NCBI RefSeq assembly: GCF_001194135.2
Contig: NC_068983.1
Coordinates: forward strand, 96,856,396 to 96,890,432
DNA from: Octopus bimaculoides
Taxonomy: Eukaryota
Reading direction: 5' to 3'
Length of the DNA: 34,037 nucleotides
Below, in pieces: positions 1-11,771 of the stretch (positions within the stretch are counted from its first letter, which is position 1; the number at the start of each line of letters is the position of its first letter). The notes beneath the pieces are model-generated. The model made no database searches. It saw only the letters and a program-made list of their open reading frames with translations, and was not told the DNA's origin. Both the position numbers and the translations under genes were made by a program.

Positions 1-134
1 ATATATATATATATATATATAATATTAGGGATAAAAATTCAAATTTACAGGTAAAAACTCAATTAAATTCAATTTATCAAAAATTAAAATTAAATTAAGT
101 TTCACAGTATAAAATATATAAATATATAATCTTA

Positions 135-346
135 GAGAAAAGAACCAAAGTTCATGAACACAGTTCAGTCACATATAGAAAAAAATAATAAGTGAATGCA
201 GGTTATGAAACACGTGTAGTCGTTTTATTATCTTTATTTTATGATTTTTACTTTGTATATTATTTGTCGTGCATTTACTTATTAATTTATTCTGTATGTA
301 ACTGTGGATTTTCATGGATGGGTTCATGAATTTTGGTTCTTTTCTC
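135..346. repeat. Imperfect inverted repeat (arms about 135-200 and 270-346)
   Basis: gagaaaagaaccaaagttcatgaac (135-159) is the reverse complement of 322-346 with 1 mismatch in 25. Similarity continues more weakly between 160-200 and 270-306. Confidence 0.8.
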
Positions 347-398
347 AAATGGCTGATAGTTAGCAAGGTGAGACACACATAAGAAAGAAGGAAACAAA

Positions 399-443
399 GG
401 ACCACTGATGAGGTCACAGAAATGTGACGAAAGAACTCTGGCC
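399..443 (+). ncRNA. Minimal type I hammerhead ribozyme motif, Penelope-type
   Basis: Stem I ggacca/tggcc (one bulge), CTGATGA 405-411, extra G412, stem II gtcac/gtgac (413-417/424-428, loop agaaat), GAAA 429-432, minimal stem III A-G/C-T, then UC with predicted cleavage after C438. Confidence 0.65.
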
Positions 444-959
444 GAAATAAGATTAAGATTAATGTAATATAAAGNNNNNNNNNNCTACACGCATGTATGT
501 GCACGCGCGTGTATGTGTGTGTGTTTGCATGTGTGTGCATTTTAAAATGCAAGCATTTTTTAATAATGATAAAACTTTGAACATCCTTTGGGAAGTTGTG
601 GTCAGATAAAAAATTAATAGACTATCTTTCTACACGAAGACGAAAAAAAAAAGATGTATCTTACACTTTCCTAGTCTTCTTACACCATTACATTAGAAAA
701 ATGCCCCAATTTTCTGTACACAGAAGATATGTTTTACCTATTTACACAAACATTAGATAAAATTGTTCATCCAAATGTGCATATTTCTTCTCAACTATCA
801 CTCATCTTTACATTCTGTTCCATACAACTCTTTCAGCGCACTTTCCTATGCACATTCCGTATCCTCCAATATGATTCCAACAATTAGCCCTTTCATATCT
901 TCCCCTAACACATACTTGCATTTCAAATGCACCTATAACCTACATAACCATCGTCCATA

Positions 960-1750
960 GCTCTTTCACTACTCACATCCAATTTAGATCTTTCCTTTGC
1001 TCCGGCCTTTATCATTGCACCTATCCTTCTGCACCACTATTCTTCCCGATCTTAGCAATCACTCATTCTATATATCCGACTCATTCACTTGAACTTCTAA
1101 GAATCTTATATACTACATACAACGCTCTCTCTCTCTCTCTCTCTCTGCAACTCCCTCTTTATTTGGGAAGTCAAGACGATGCTTGTCTAACCTCTTTACT
1201 GAAAAACTTAGGGATATCCTTCTTGCTTGGTAACGATTCCTAACATTGCACGCATCCTTTTTGCTTGGTAACGACACGCAACATTGCTTTGCGGATCACT
1301 ATACCTGAAATAAAATAACAGAAAATAAATTTTTGATTTACTACAATTATCTCAACCTCTAGAATCCATTGCTCTTTCTCTACTCACATCCAACTTGGAT
1401 CCTTTCTTTTCCTCTGCCTCTATTATTACACCTATCCCTCTTCAACACTTTACTCCTTTCCGAGCCTAGCAATCATTCAGTCTTTATAACCGGCTCATTC
1501 ACTTGAACTTCTAACAATTTTATATACTACATACAATACTCTCTCTGCAACTGCCCCTATATTTGAAAAGACAAGATGATGTTTGTTTAACCTCTTTACT
1601 GAGAAGCTTCGGGATATCTTTCTTGCTTGGTAATGACTTTCACCAACATTGCACACAATTTCTGCTTTGCGGATCACTATAACCCACGTCACATAGAATA
1701 GCAGAAAATAAACTTTAGACTTACTACAATTATCTCCAGCTCTAGAGGAT
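960..1750. repeat. Diverged tandem duplication, two units of about 380-410 bp
   Basis: gctctttc(a/t)ctactcacatccaa starts at 960 and 1371. Shared blocks include ctcattcacttgaacttctaa, ttcttgcttggtaa, gctttgcggatcactata and ttactacaattatctc. Unit 1 has an internal duplication of about 39 bp near 1215-1290. Confidence 0.85.
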
Positions 1751-2010
1751 GTATCACAATTACCTAGTGGCAATTAAGGCTAGCTCTAGAAGGAGAAATA
1801 ATCTCAAGCCTCAAGACCACTCCAAAGTGTCATGCCATCAAGGAAAATGGTTAGCTTATTCTCTGGAGACAAAATGCTTTAACAAATGTTACAGGCTTCA
1901 ACAGCTGTCCTCAGCATATGAACTGCTCGACCCTCTCTCCAGCAGTCAAGGGACACAGACTCATGCACAAAAGAATAGGTTACAAAGTGATAAGCAGTGA
2001 TAAGTATAAA

Positions 2011-2154
2011 TGCTATGTTACTACTAGTTCAAATATGCTTGTGGCACGTTTGGACAAATGAACAAGCCATTCGCTTCAAGACAAAACACAGTGAATGGCC
2101 TGTTTATTAGTCCAAACATGTCACAAACATATTTGAACTGGTAGTAAAATAGCA
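2011..2154. repeat. Fold-back (MITE-like) element, 62-bp arms and 20-nt loop
   Basis: 2011-2072 against the reverse complement of 2093-2154 aligns without gaps, with 8 mismatches in 62. Confidence 0.85.
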
Positions 2155-2689
2155 AAAGAATAGGTATCCTTTAATTAAATCTATATGTTTGCAGTTCTAT
2201 TTCGATTATTTTTTTAGCTTATTTTCCGGTTTATGTATTTTCTGTATGTTTTCCACTGTGTTCGATAATTTCTGCTCAATATGTTTAATTCGTTAGTTCG
2301 TTTTAATGCTTTATGAGTTTTAAACTCTATTGATTTTAGAGGGACGTAACGAGTTATGTTTGAGATATTTGATATTTCTATTTGTATTTTCTAACAATAA
2401 GTAGATGTTGACATAGTGGGCATAATGCACACCGTGTAGCCCGTGCTACTTATCTTCTTATTCCCAGGTAGTACTTTTTCTCTTGACGTGTTGATGTCAC
2501 CGGATTGAAGGGGACACTACCGAGATGTCGAGAACATAATGATACGTAAGCAGCTGACGATGGGATGTATACGAAAGACTTGATCGTTGACTGGATGTTT
2601 TGCGTCACACAAACACATACACACACATACACATGTATGTATGTACACACACATACATAAATACATATAAATGTATGAGTATACAAAAA

Positions 2690-2730
<41 letters not shown>

Positions 2731-2809
2731 GCAAACATTTATACATACACACGTACACATACATAAATACAGATATACACACACAAATGTGTGTGTGCGT
2801 GCGCGCACA

Positions 2810-2811
<2 letters not shown>

Positions 2812-2845
<34 letters not shown>
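2812..2845. repeat. (CA)n microsatellite within a mixed TA/CA low-complexity tract (about 2605-2845)
   Basis: Directly visible. Confidence 0.95.
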
Positions 2846-2847
<2 letters not shown>

Positions 2848-3515
2848 ATAGATTACAGAGGAATGGCTTGTGATAATTGTTTCGCTGGAAATTTATTTAA
2901 TGCAGTCGCAAACAGATGACATTATATTCCATAAATTTCAGTCCTTCGGGCATTACATAAACTTTATACAGAGAGAGAGAGAAAGAGAGAGAAAGTATGT
3001 TTAATCAATTACCACGTCACAAATATGACAAATTTCAGGATTAGCAATGTAGGACGTCTCTTAATAGCTGAAGACAGACACCAGTCAATTTTTAATTTGA
3101 CTAACAGATTAAGACAAGACGAAATTAGAGAGCATAGACTTAAATTTGAGTGATGCAATTAACGAATCAGATGTTCACGAGCCCCTTGGTTTCGCTTCTT
3201 ATCAAGGACTGCAGTCGTTACTGTTTTCCCTTGTAACAGACATTTAACTCTTAAATGGCCGACACTGCCAGGTGATGTTTATTATAGAACAGTGGGCATC
3301 GTCACTTGATGTTCCGAAAATTTTACGTCGATACGGTAATCATCAACGGAAAGTGAATATTTTACAGCACTTTTCGATAAGGGGATTTTTAATGCTATTG
3401 TGCGTGAGACTGACGATTATTTTTGTTTTTGCGCTTATTCAAAGTATAAAAATTACTCAAAGAAAAAGAGATTAAAAAAAATTAAACCCGTTTGGCACAT
3501 ACATTCATGTAACTG

Positions 3516-3722
3516 TTTCTTATTTCTTTATTGCCCACAAGGGGCTAAATATAGAAGAGACAAACAAAGAGATTAAGTCGATTACATCGACCCAGTGCGT
3601 AGCTGGTACTTAATTTATCGACCCCGAAAAAATGAAAGGCAAAGTTGACCTCAGCGGAATTTGAACTCAGAACGTAACGGCAGACGAAATACCACTATGC
3701 ATTTCTGCCAGCTCGCCGCCTT
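3516..3722 (-). mobile_element. tRNA-derived SINE, family B (octopus-type)
   Basis: Reverse strand reads aaggcggcgagctggcagaa...cgttctgagttcaaattccgctgaggtcaactttgcctttca...taagtaccagctacgcactgggtcgatgtaatcgacttaatc. B-box-like GAGTTCAAATTCC. Related copies at 5192, 13790 and 23270. Confidence 0.85.
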
Positions 3723-5191
3723 GTAACAGTTTCTAGCGGTTTAAGGGTTAATTCAAATATTTAAGTATCAAACGTAGGCTCAATGGCGCAGAAGGTGTAG
3801 ATGCTTCAATAATTAGCATTAGCGTGATCCAGATATGGATGATTCTGTTTAGCAAATGAAAATGAAAAAGAAAAATACATTTCAATTATTCAATTGCAGC
3901 GACGAAGACTAATGTTGAACTTCTGTGAGTTGAGTTGCGTATCGCTGTAATATTTGTTTTCCTGCTTTTGCTCCGAATGAAAAGAAATTGTAGCTAATTC
4001 AAAGAATAGCTCTCCCTAAACTCTATTTTTATTGCCTGAGTCCTTAAATGATATTTTCAAAATTAACTTTTGGACATATTTTTTTAAGTGGGAAAAACAT
4101 CTGAATGTTGTTCTTTTAACCTTTTCATCAAATAGCTTCTCGGGGAGTTCTTTTGCCTTTTCCCTGCTAACTTGTGACCAAACATTTCCAATGTTTCGTT
4201 CACAATATTAAGGTCTAAATGTACAAATGAACACACAGCTCGTGAAAATGTAATTTTGTTTTTCAGTCTTCATTTTCGTTACTCTTTTTATTTTCCCATT
4301 TTAATTGACAGTCTTACCACTGTCGCTGCTGTCACAATTGTGTTCCAGTCATTTTAACATGTGTTTACATGGGGATTAACCTTTTTTAAAAATCTTGTAT
4401 TGCCATTGTTCAAGTCAGCGCTGTTGTCGGCGTTAGAAATATTAATGTTATTTGAACAAATGTTCCTAATGCATAAAAGATTTGCATTTTCTTCACCCCG
4501 CTCCTCCAAAATAAGAAATTGGCTACCACTATTCCAGGAATCATCTCTCACGGCACCATTGTAGACACAATGAAAAAAAGTTTCTGACATCAATGCAGAG
4601 ACAAATAGTAAAGAACACTTTTAAATGGCTAAGATGCATAAACATTAAGATCTCCTCCTCCTCCTTTTACTTCATTTAACAATAATATAATAAACGCAGC
4701 AAATATAACTTATGTTACATGAAATAGTAAATATTTTAGCTTGTGAACGGAAGAAAGTAAAATCCATACTGTGTCATATGAACTTTACGTTATTTGGTTC
4801 TCTGACTTATACTTTCCAGCATTCCAAACTCAATAAAATAAATATAGTTGTCTATGTATTTATTAAATCAATGGCTTTTAAACTGTTAATCGCCATAATC
4901 TTTAGATCCTAAAAACTACACTGGCGTACTTTGTGCATGACGTAAGAGTTCAATATAAAATAGTATATATCTTATTCAAATTATAAAAAAAAAAAAGAGA
5001 AAAAAGAATGGTATTTATTTAATTATTTAATAAATGAAGCATAGTCATCAAAACTGCATTTAGAATTTCAATTCCTATATCTCGCAATTCTAAATATAAT
5101 TTCACTATTTTTCACGGCCCACCTAGCAAAATTTCGTGGCACGCTTCAGTACGCCACGCACTACTTAGGAATCATTGTATTAGACAATAAG

Positions 5192-5286
5192 AGGCGGTGA
5201 GCTAGCAGAATCGTTAGCACGCCAAGCAAAGTGCTGAGTTATGAGTTCAGATTCCGTCGTGGTCGACTTTGCCTTTCAGGTCCAAT
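5192..5286 (+). mobile_element. SINE family B, 5' part, cut by assembly gap
   Basis: aggcggtgagctagcagaatcgttagcacgcc...gagttcagattccgtcgtggtcgactttgcctttca matches the copy at 3516-3722. Confidence 0.8.
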
Positions 5287-5477
5287 NNNNNNNNNNNNNN
5301 NNNNNNNNNNNNNNNNNNNNNNNNNNNNNNNNNNNNNNNNNNNNNNNNNNNNNNNNNNNNNNNNNNNNNNNNNNNNNNNNNNNNNNNNNNNNNNNNNNNN
5401 NNNNNNNNNNNNNNNNNNNNNNNNNNNNNNNNNNNNNNNNNNNNNNNNNNNNTATATATATATATGTATATATACAT

Positions 5478-5634
5478 AGGGGCAGGCGTGTCTGTGTGAC
5501 TTGCTTTCCAACCACATGGTTCTGAGTTCAGTTCCACTGCGTGGCACCTATGGCAAATGTCTTCTACAATAGCATCGGGCCGATCAAAGCCTTGTGAATG
5601 GATTTAACAGACGGAAACTGAAAGGAGCCTGTCA
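5478..5634 (+). mobile_element. tRNA-derived SINE, family A, 5' half
   Basis: ggcgtgtctgtgtg...ccaaccacatggttctgagttcagttccactgcgtggcacc...acggaaactgaaaggagcc, matching 28404-28520. Confidence 0.85.
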
Positions 5635-5672
5635 TATATATATATATATATATATATCATCATTATCATCAT

Positions 5673-5944
5673 GTACCCTTAACGTAGTTCTCGGGGATAT
5701 TCAGCGTGACACAGTGTGACAAGGCTGACCCTTTGAATTACAGGCACAACAGAAACAGGAAGTAGGAGTGAGAGAAAGTTGTGGTGAAAGAGTACAGCAG
5801 GGTTCAATACCATCCTCTGCCTGAGCCTCGTGGAGCTTTAGGTGTTTTCGCTCAATAAACACTCACAACGCCCGGTCTGGGAATCGAAACCGCGATCGTA
5901 TGACCGCGAGTCCGCTGCCCTAACCACTGGGCCATTGCGCCTCC
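5673..5944 (-). mobile_element. tRNA-derived SINE, family C, near full length
   Basis: Reverse strand starts ggaggcgcaatggcccagtggttagggcagcggactcgcggtc (A box TGGCCCAGTGG), then ggtttcgattccc (B box), and ends gagaactacgttaagggtac. Confidence 0.85.
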
Positions 5945-7321
5945 GTATGTCTAATACATGTTAGCCATACTTCGTTGATAATGGATCCGAAACTGAAAGC
6001 GTAGTTAGCATTGCTACTGACATATAAAGTGTTCAATTAAAAAGTTCAAGATTTGTGAAACGAATACAATAAGCCTCCCCAACACTCCGATTTTCTTCAG
6101 AAAAGTAAAAAAGGACTGATGTTATTTTAATGGCTACATCTGTGTATTTTTACATGACCGGAAAACTCAAGTATGTTCTTTCTTGGTAATGGACCTTAAG
6201 GAAAGTCGAACGTTCATTTCTTGACGTTTCCACTTCCAGTTTTTTTAGTATTATATACATATACATGTATATGTGTGTGTGTATAGTGTGTGTGTATAGT
6301 GTGTGAGTGTGTATGCTTTAGTATGTATATATATGTGTGTGTGTGTATGTACATATATTTATATATGTATGTGTGCGTGGGAAATGTTCAATTCGAATGT
6401 CCTAGTCTATTGTTTACTCATCGCCTTTCTATGTCTCTCATAGGTTCCATTGTATTCAATCCCAATCTTACTCTTTCCCACTCCATTTCTCTCTCTCTCT
6501 CTCTCTTTTTTTTTCTCATTCTCTCTGTATTTCTATTCTCCTTCTTTCCTGACCCTTGCCACTACTCGTGTTTCCATCAATCTACATTTCGAATAGCCCT
6601 TTTTTCTCTTCCTTGTTGTAAAAGTATTCTATAGCTATATATATATATATATNNNNNNNNNNNNNNNNNNNNNNNNNNNNNNNNNNNNNNNNNNNNNNNN
6701 NNNNNNNNNNNNNNNNNNNNNNNNNNNNNNNNNNNNNNNNNNNNNNNNNNNNNNNNNNNNNNNNNNNNNNNNNNNNNNNNNNNNNNNNNNNNNNNNNNNN
6801 NNNNNNNNNNNNNNNNNNNNNNNNNNNNNNNNNNNNNNNNNNNNNNNNNNNNNNNNNNNNNNNNNNNNNNNNNNNNNNNNNNNNNNNNNNNNNNNNNNNN
6901 NNNNNNNNNNNNNNNNNNNNNNNNNNNNNNNNNNNNNNNNNNNNNNNNNNNNNNNNNNNNNNNNNNNNNNNNNNNNNNNNNNNNNNNNNNNNNNNNNNNN
7001 NNNNNNNNNNNNNNNNNNNNNNNNNNNNNNNNNNNNNNNNNNNNNNNNNNNNNNNNNNNNNNNNNNNNNNNNNNNNNNNNNNNNNNNNNNNNNNNNNNNN
7101 NNNNNNNNNNNNNNNNNNNNNNNNNNNNNNNNNNNNNNNNNNNNNNNNNNNNNNNNNNNNNNNNNNNNNNNNNNNNNNNNNNNNNNNNNNNNNNNNNNNN
7201 NNNNNNNNNNNNNNNNNNNNNNNNNNNNNNNNNNNNNNNNNNNNNNNNNNNNNNNNNNNNNNNNNNNNNNNNNNNNNNNNNNNNNNNNNNNNNNNNNNNN
7301 NNNNNNNNNNNNNNNNNNNNN

Positions 7322-7360
<39 letters not shown>

Positions 7361-7941
7361 CATGTATATATGGTAAGAAAATGGAAAGTTGAGGATGTAT
7401 AGTTTAAACCACCCCTGCGCCTATACATATGGGTATGTTGAGAGAATATATGTTCAGTATTAAGTATTGATATGGCTGCGTGTATATTATTACAAGAATT
7501 CTTTTAGAGAAGTAGAATAAATTTAAGAACTATATATTTGCTGCATAAAAATATATTTTATTAATTGACCGACGATGAAACAATCAAAATGTATAATCTA
7601 GCCGAATGAAGTTATCTATGCAAGAAAGTTCAGAATTAGGAAATGTAGAAATAACAGCTAAGTGGTGGTTTTCAGTCATGTGACGTAGAGAAATAGACGG
7701 ACATAGCAACGAAGAAAATGGCTCTGAGTCAAATCGACTAAGAAGCAAAGAGTAGGGTAAGCAAGCTGTTTTTATTAATGGAACGCTAGACATTCTAGAA
7801 ATTTCTAAGAGAAACGCGAAGTTTCTTGAATAATTAAGAATTACATCGCATGACACAGATGTTTTGAGAAACTTAGTAAAGGGAGATTACTCTATAAAAC
7901 TTCATACAAGATAGATCATTCAACTATTTAGCTACAGACTA

Positions 7942-8076
<135 letters not shown>

Positions 8077-8551
8077 ATATATACACACACACACGCACAA
8101 CGTATTTTACTTCCATCAATTGCCTGATGTATTATATATTATATTTTCCATACATCTAAATACAATTTAACGACTTAACATTCAAAGGATAATCGCTTTA
8201 TCACCTCATCTTCACCCACTCAACGCCTACTGACATAAATAAACCCATTTCCTTCCCATTTTTAAACATTTTAAACCCTTTAAACTTCAAAATGGTCCTT
8301 CATAGTGTTTCTGTCTTTTAACTTATTTCTTGTGTTTTGTTTTACCTTTCTTTGAATACTAAACACCGACATAGAGCCACCCTGCATCAAATGAATTGAC
8401 AACAAATGTCCGATGTAAAATAATTTATCTTTCAAATTTTTGTACTCAAAATTACAATAATTTGGGACCGTTGATTGTGCTTCCTATTTTCTGTCTCTGT
8501 GTTACTGCTGTCTTTTTCTTCTCTTCAGCTGGTATCTCCATTAACATCCAC

Positions 8552-8552
<1 letters not shown>

Positions 8553-8613
<61 letters not shown>
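8553..8613. repeat. (CT)n microsatellite
   Basis: Directly visible. Confidence 0.97.
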
Positions 8614-8617
<4 letters not shown>

Positions 8618-8798
8618 CATTCTTTCTCTCTCTCATTCTCTCTCTCTCGTTCTCTTTCTCACACCCATATACATTATTCATTCATTCATTTATACATACA
8701 TACAATCCCATATATATATACTCATGTTTACACGTACATACATGCAAACATACGTGTGTGCAATTGTATGTATCTATGTATGTAAAAACACACACTAA

Positions 8799-8829
<31 letters not shown>

Positions 8830-9062
8830 ATGTGTATGTGTGTGTGTGTGAACGCGCGAAAACACTTTGACAAACAACCGGTTGATTATTTAAACGCATT
8901 AAACAAACGATCGATTAGTTGTTTTGATATTTAACCGATTGACTTACAATGATGTGTAAACTAGTGCGTATGTTTATGATTATTAGCGTAATACCCTTCC
9001 CAAAACACAACAATATATGCCTATATTGTTGTGTCTTGAGAAGGGCATGGCTGGCGTGGCAA

Positions 9063-9271
9063 GCGCAAACGTGGTTGTGTGGTAAGAAGCTTGCTACACA
9101 ATCTGTGTACGACTTTCATAGCCAATATAATGAAATAAAGAAGCTTGCTTCCCAATCACATGGTTCTATATTCAGTTCCCTTGTGTGATACGATACACTT
9201 GGGCCTATTAAAACTCTGTAAGTGGATTTGGTTGAAGAAAACTCAAAGAATCCCGCCGTGTATATGTGTGC

Positions 9272-9313
<42 letters not shown>

Positions 9314-9554
9314 NNNNNNNNNNGTGTGTGTGTGTGTATGTGTGTGTGTGTGTGTATTTGTGCCCCTCACCACCGCCTGACAAACTGGCGCTGGTGTGTT
9401 TATGTCCCCGTAACATAGCGTTTCGACAAAGAATCCGATAGTATAAAGTACCAGGTTTTCAAAAACTAAGTACCGGGTTCGATACATCCGACTACAAAAT
9501 ACTTCAAGGCGGTGCTGCAGCATGGCCGCGGTCTAGTGAGTGGAAGAAGTAAAA
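9063..9554 (+). mobile_element. SINE family A, diverged near-full-length copy with internal (TG)n
   Basis: cgtggttgtgtggtaagaagcttgct head (aagaagcttgct occurs twice), gtggatttggttgaagaaaact middle, (TG)n spacer, tail ggtgtgtttatgtccccgtaac...aaggcggtgctgcagcatggccgc...gtaaaaga. Confidence 0.8.
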
Positions 9555-9830
9555 GACAAAATACACACACACACACACACATACATACATACATATATTT
9601 ACATACATATATATATACCCACATACACATGCATATAGATACGTCTATCTCTGTAATGTTTATCTTAGTAATCGTTACCATTTAACACTGAGTTTATTTC
9701 AGAATCCTTAAAATCTTCCCCGACTTTTAACGGTTCTATCTTTCAATAAGTTTTGTCTTGTGTTTAGTTTTTATATTTCTCTTTACTACCATTTTCGAGA
9801 TTTCTGCAAAAGAAAGGAAGAAATAGGAAA

Positions 9831-9831
<1 letters not shown>

Positions 9832-9865
<34 letters not shown>
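9832..9865. repeat. Poly(A) run, 34 nt
   Basis: Directly visible. No recognisable retrocopy upstream. Confidence 0.95.
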
Positions 9866-9867
<2 letters not shown>

Positions 9868-10719
9868 AATGAAGAGGGGGAAAAAAGGAAAAGGAAAAGA
9901 ATCAGTAGTCTCTGTCAGCAATATATTCCCACTTTCAACGTGATTCTTAAACTCACAGAATTACACTTATATTCTTTCTTAATAACTCTCTCTCCCTACC
10001 CCTCTCTCTTACTGTGTGTGTATGTGTGCGTGAATCTCAGTCCCTCTCCTTCTCTCTCTCTCTTCGTCGCACTCACACACATACACAGACACAGACACAC
10101 ACACACACACACACACACACAGATGCTTCAGTACACACCTGAACAAAATCATCGACTGCCACATTTACAAAGAGAACCTTTCACAAACACACTCAAATTT
10201 TATATACGCAGAAAGGCAGACATTTCGATACTCACTCATAGATACATGCATACATACATAAGTACATACATACATAGATAGAATCAAATATACATACACA
10301 AATTAGTATATACATATATATATATATATGCGTCTCTGCATTTCTAATGAATAATACATAGTCTATTGACTGTTTTTACTCTCGCTAGGCCACTGGTGGT
10401 AAATAAAATTTCTAAAATTTTCTTTGCCACCCTATAATTTATTAATATATATATATATATATANNNNNNNNNNNNNNNNNNNNNNNNNNNNNNNNNNNNN
10501 NNNNNNNNNNNNNNNNNNNNNNNNNNNNNNNNNNNNNNNNNNNNNNNNNNNNNNNNNNNNNNNNNNNNNNNNNNNNNNNNNNNNNNNNNNNNNNNNNNNN
10601 NNNNNNNNNNNNNNNNNNNNNNNNNNNNNNNNNNNNNNNNNNNNNNNNNNNNNNNNNNNNNNNNNNNNNNNNNNNNNNNNNNNNNNNNNNNNNNNNNNNN
10701 NNNNNNNNNNNNNNNNNNN

Positions 10720-10753
<34 letters not shown>

Positions 10754-11666
10754 TATATACTACATACATGTACACGGACATACATACAACATACATTCAT
10801 GCACTCATACATATGTACAGACATACATACAACATTGATACTCACATACATACATATTCACATACATACTACATATATACATACTAAATTCATACGCACA
10901 TACATATATATATTCACATACCTAATACATATATACAAACCACCACAGTCGCATAAAGACCTTATATGCACACATTTACATGTACACACGTACACACACA
11001 TACACACATAGAAAGTCGGTTAGACATGGTTACTTACATATCATTACACAGATATGGTCACACAATCACACATTCTTTACTCGCTATGTAACTCCATTTC
11101 TGTGTTTTTCTCCACCAATCGGAAGTCCATCTCTAATGAAAGAGTTTGCTATTCAACACGTGGCTGACAGCAGTGTAATCAATTCTGGGTTCGTAGCAGA
11201 CCATCTTATTTTCTCCTTGTGAACGACCCTGACTCATCTATCTTATTCTTTTAGATATACCAAGCTTACTATTCACCTCCTGAAAACGCAAATCTTATAA
11301 GTATGGAGGTATTTACTGGCAGAAACGACTGGAAAATTATCGATTCTACTGATTTGTTCTTAGTTCATACGGTATGATCAAATGGTGATTTGCTGGAGGA
11401 ATACAAAAACAATAACAACAACAGCCGTGGAAAAGATAACAATAAAAAATAATTGCTAAAAAAAATAATAAAGCGACAATAATAACAACAGGAACAAAAT
11501 GAACGCTTTAACGAGATAGGATATATTGATGCGAGCAGGAAAAGAATAGAGAAACGGACAGAGAGTGTAACAGTGTGATATGGAAATAGATAGAAAGAGA
11601 GAGAGAGAGAGATGGAAGAGAAGAAGAGAGTGGCATACAGGAAGATCTCTCTTTCTCTGTATCTCA

Positions 11667-11668
<2 letters not shown>

Positions 11669-11741
<73 letters not shown>
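11669..11741. repeat. (CA)n microsatellite
   Basis: Directly visible. Confidence 0.97.
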
Positions 11742-11748
<7 letters not shown>

Positions 11749-11771
11749 GTAAAGATATTATTATTAATAAA

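Noticed and set aside
2549-2600. CTGACGA...GAAA hammerhead-like spacing (2554-2576)
   Set aside because: The spacer tgggatgtatac forms no stem II, and I could not place a UH site followed by a stem I partner.
4354-4593. 79-aa and 67-aa overlapping ORFs in fairly complex sequence
   Set aside because: No recognisable motif, no splice context, and the length is expected by chance.
5110-5177. Possible hAT/Charlie-like terminus (cgtggcac...ttaggaatcattg)
   Set aside because: Too decayed, with no partner TIR, TSD or transposase found.
5673-5944. tRNA gene
   Set aside because: A and B boxes are present, but the head continues into a SINE body and tail. No acceptor stem or terminator.
7440-7920. 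Non-repetitive stretch with a 90-aa minus-strand ORF
   Set aside because: No domain recognised, and the other frames are interrupted by stops.
11030-11260. GTAAGT donor-like site on the minus strand, suggesting an exon
   Set aside because: All three frames upstream contain stops and there is no clear acceptor.
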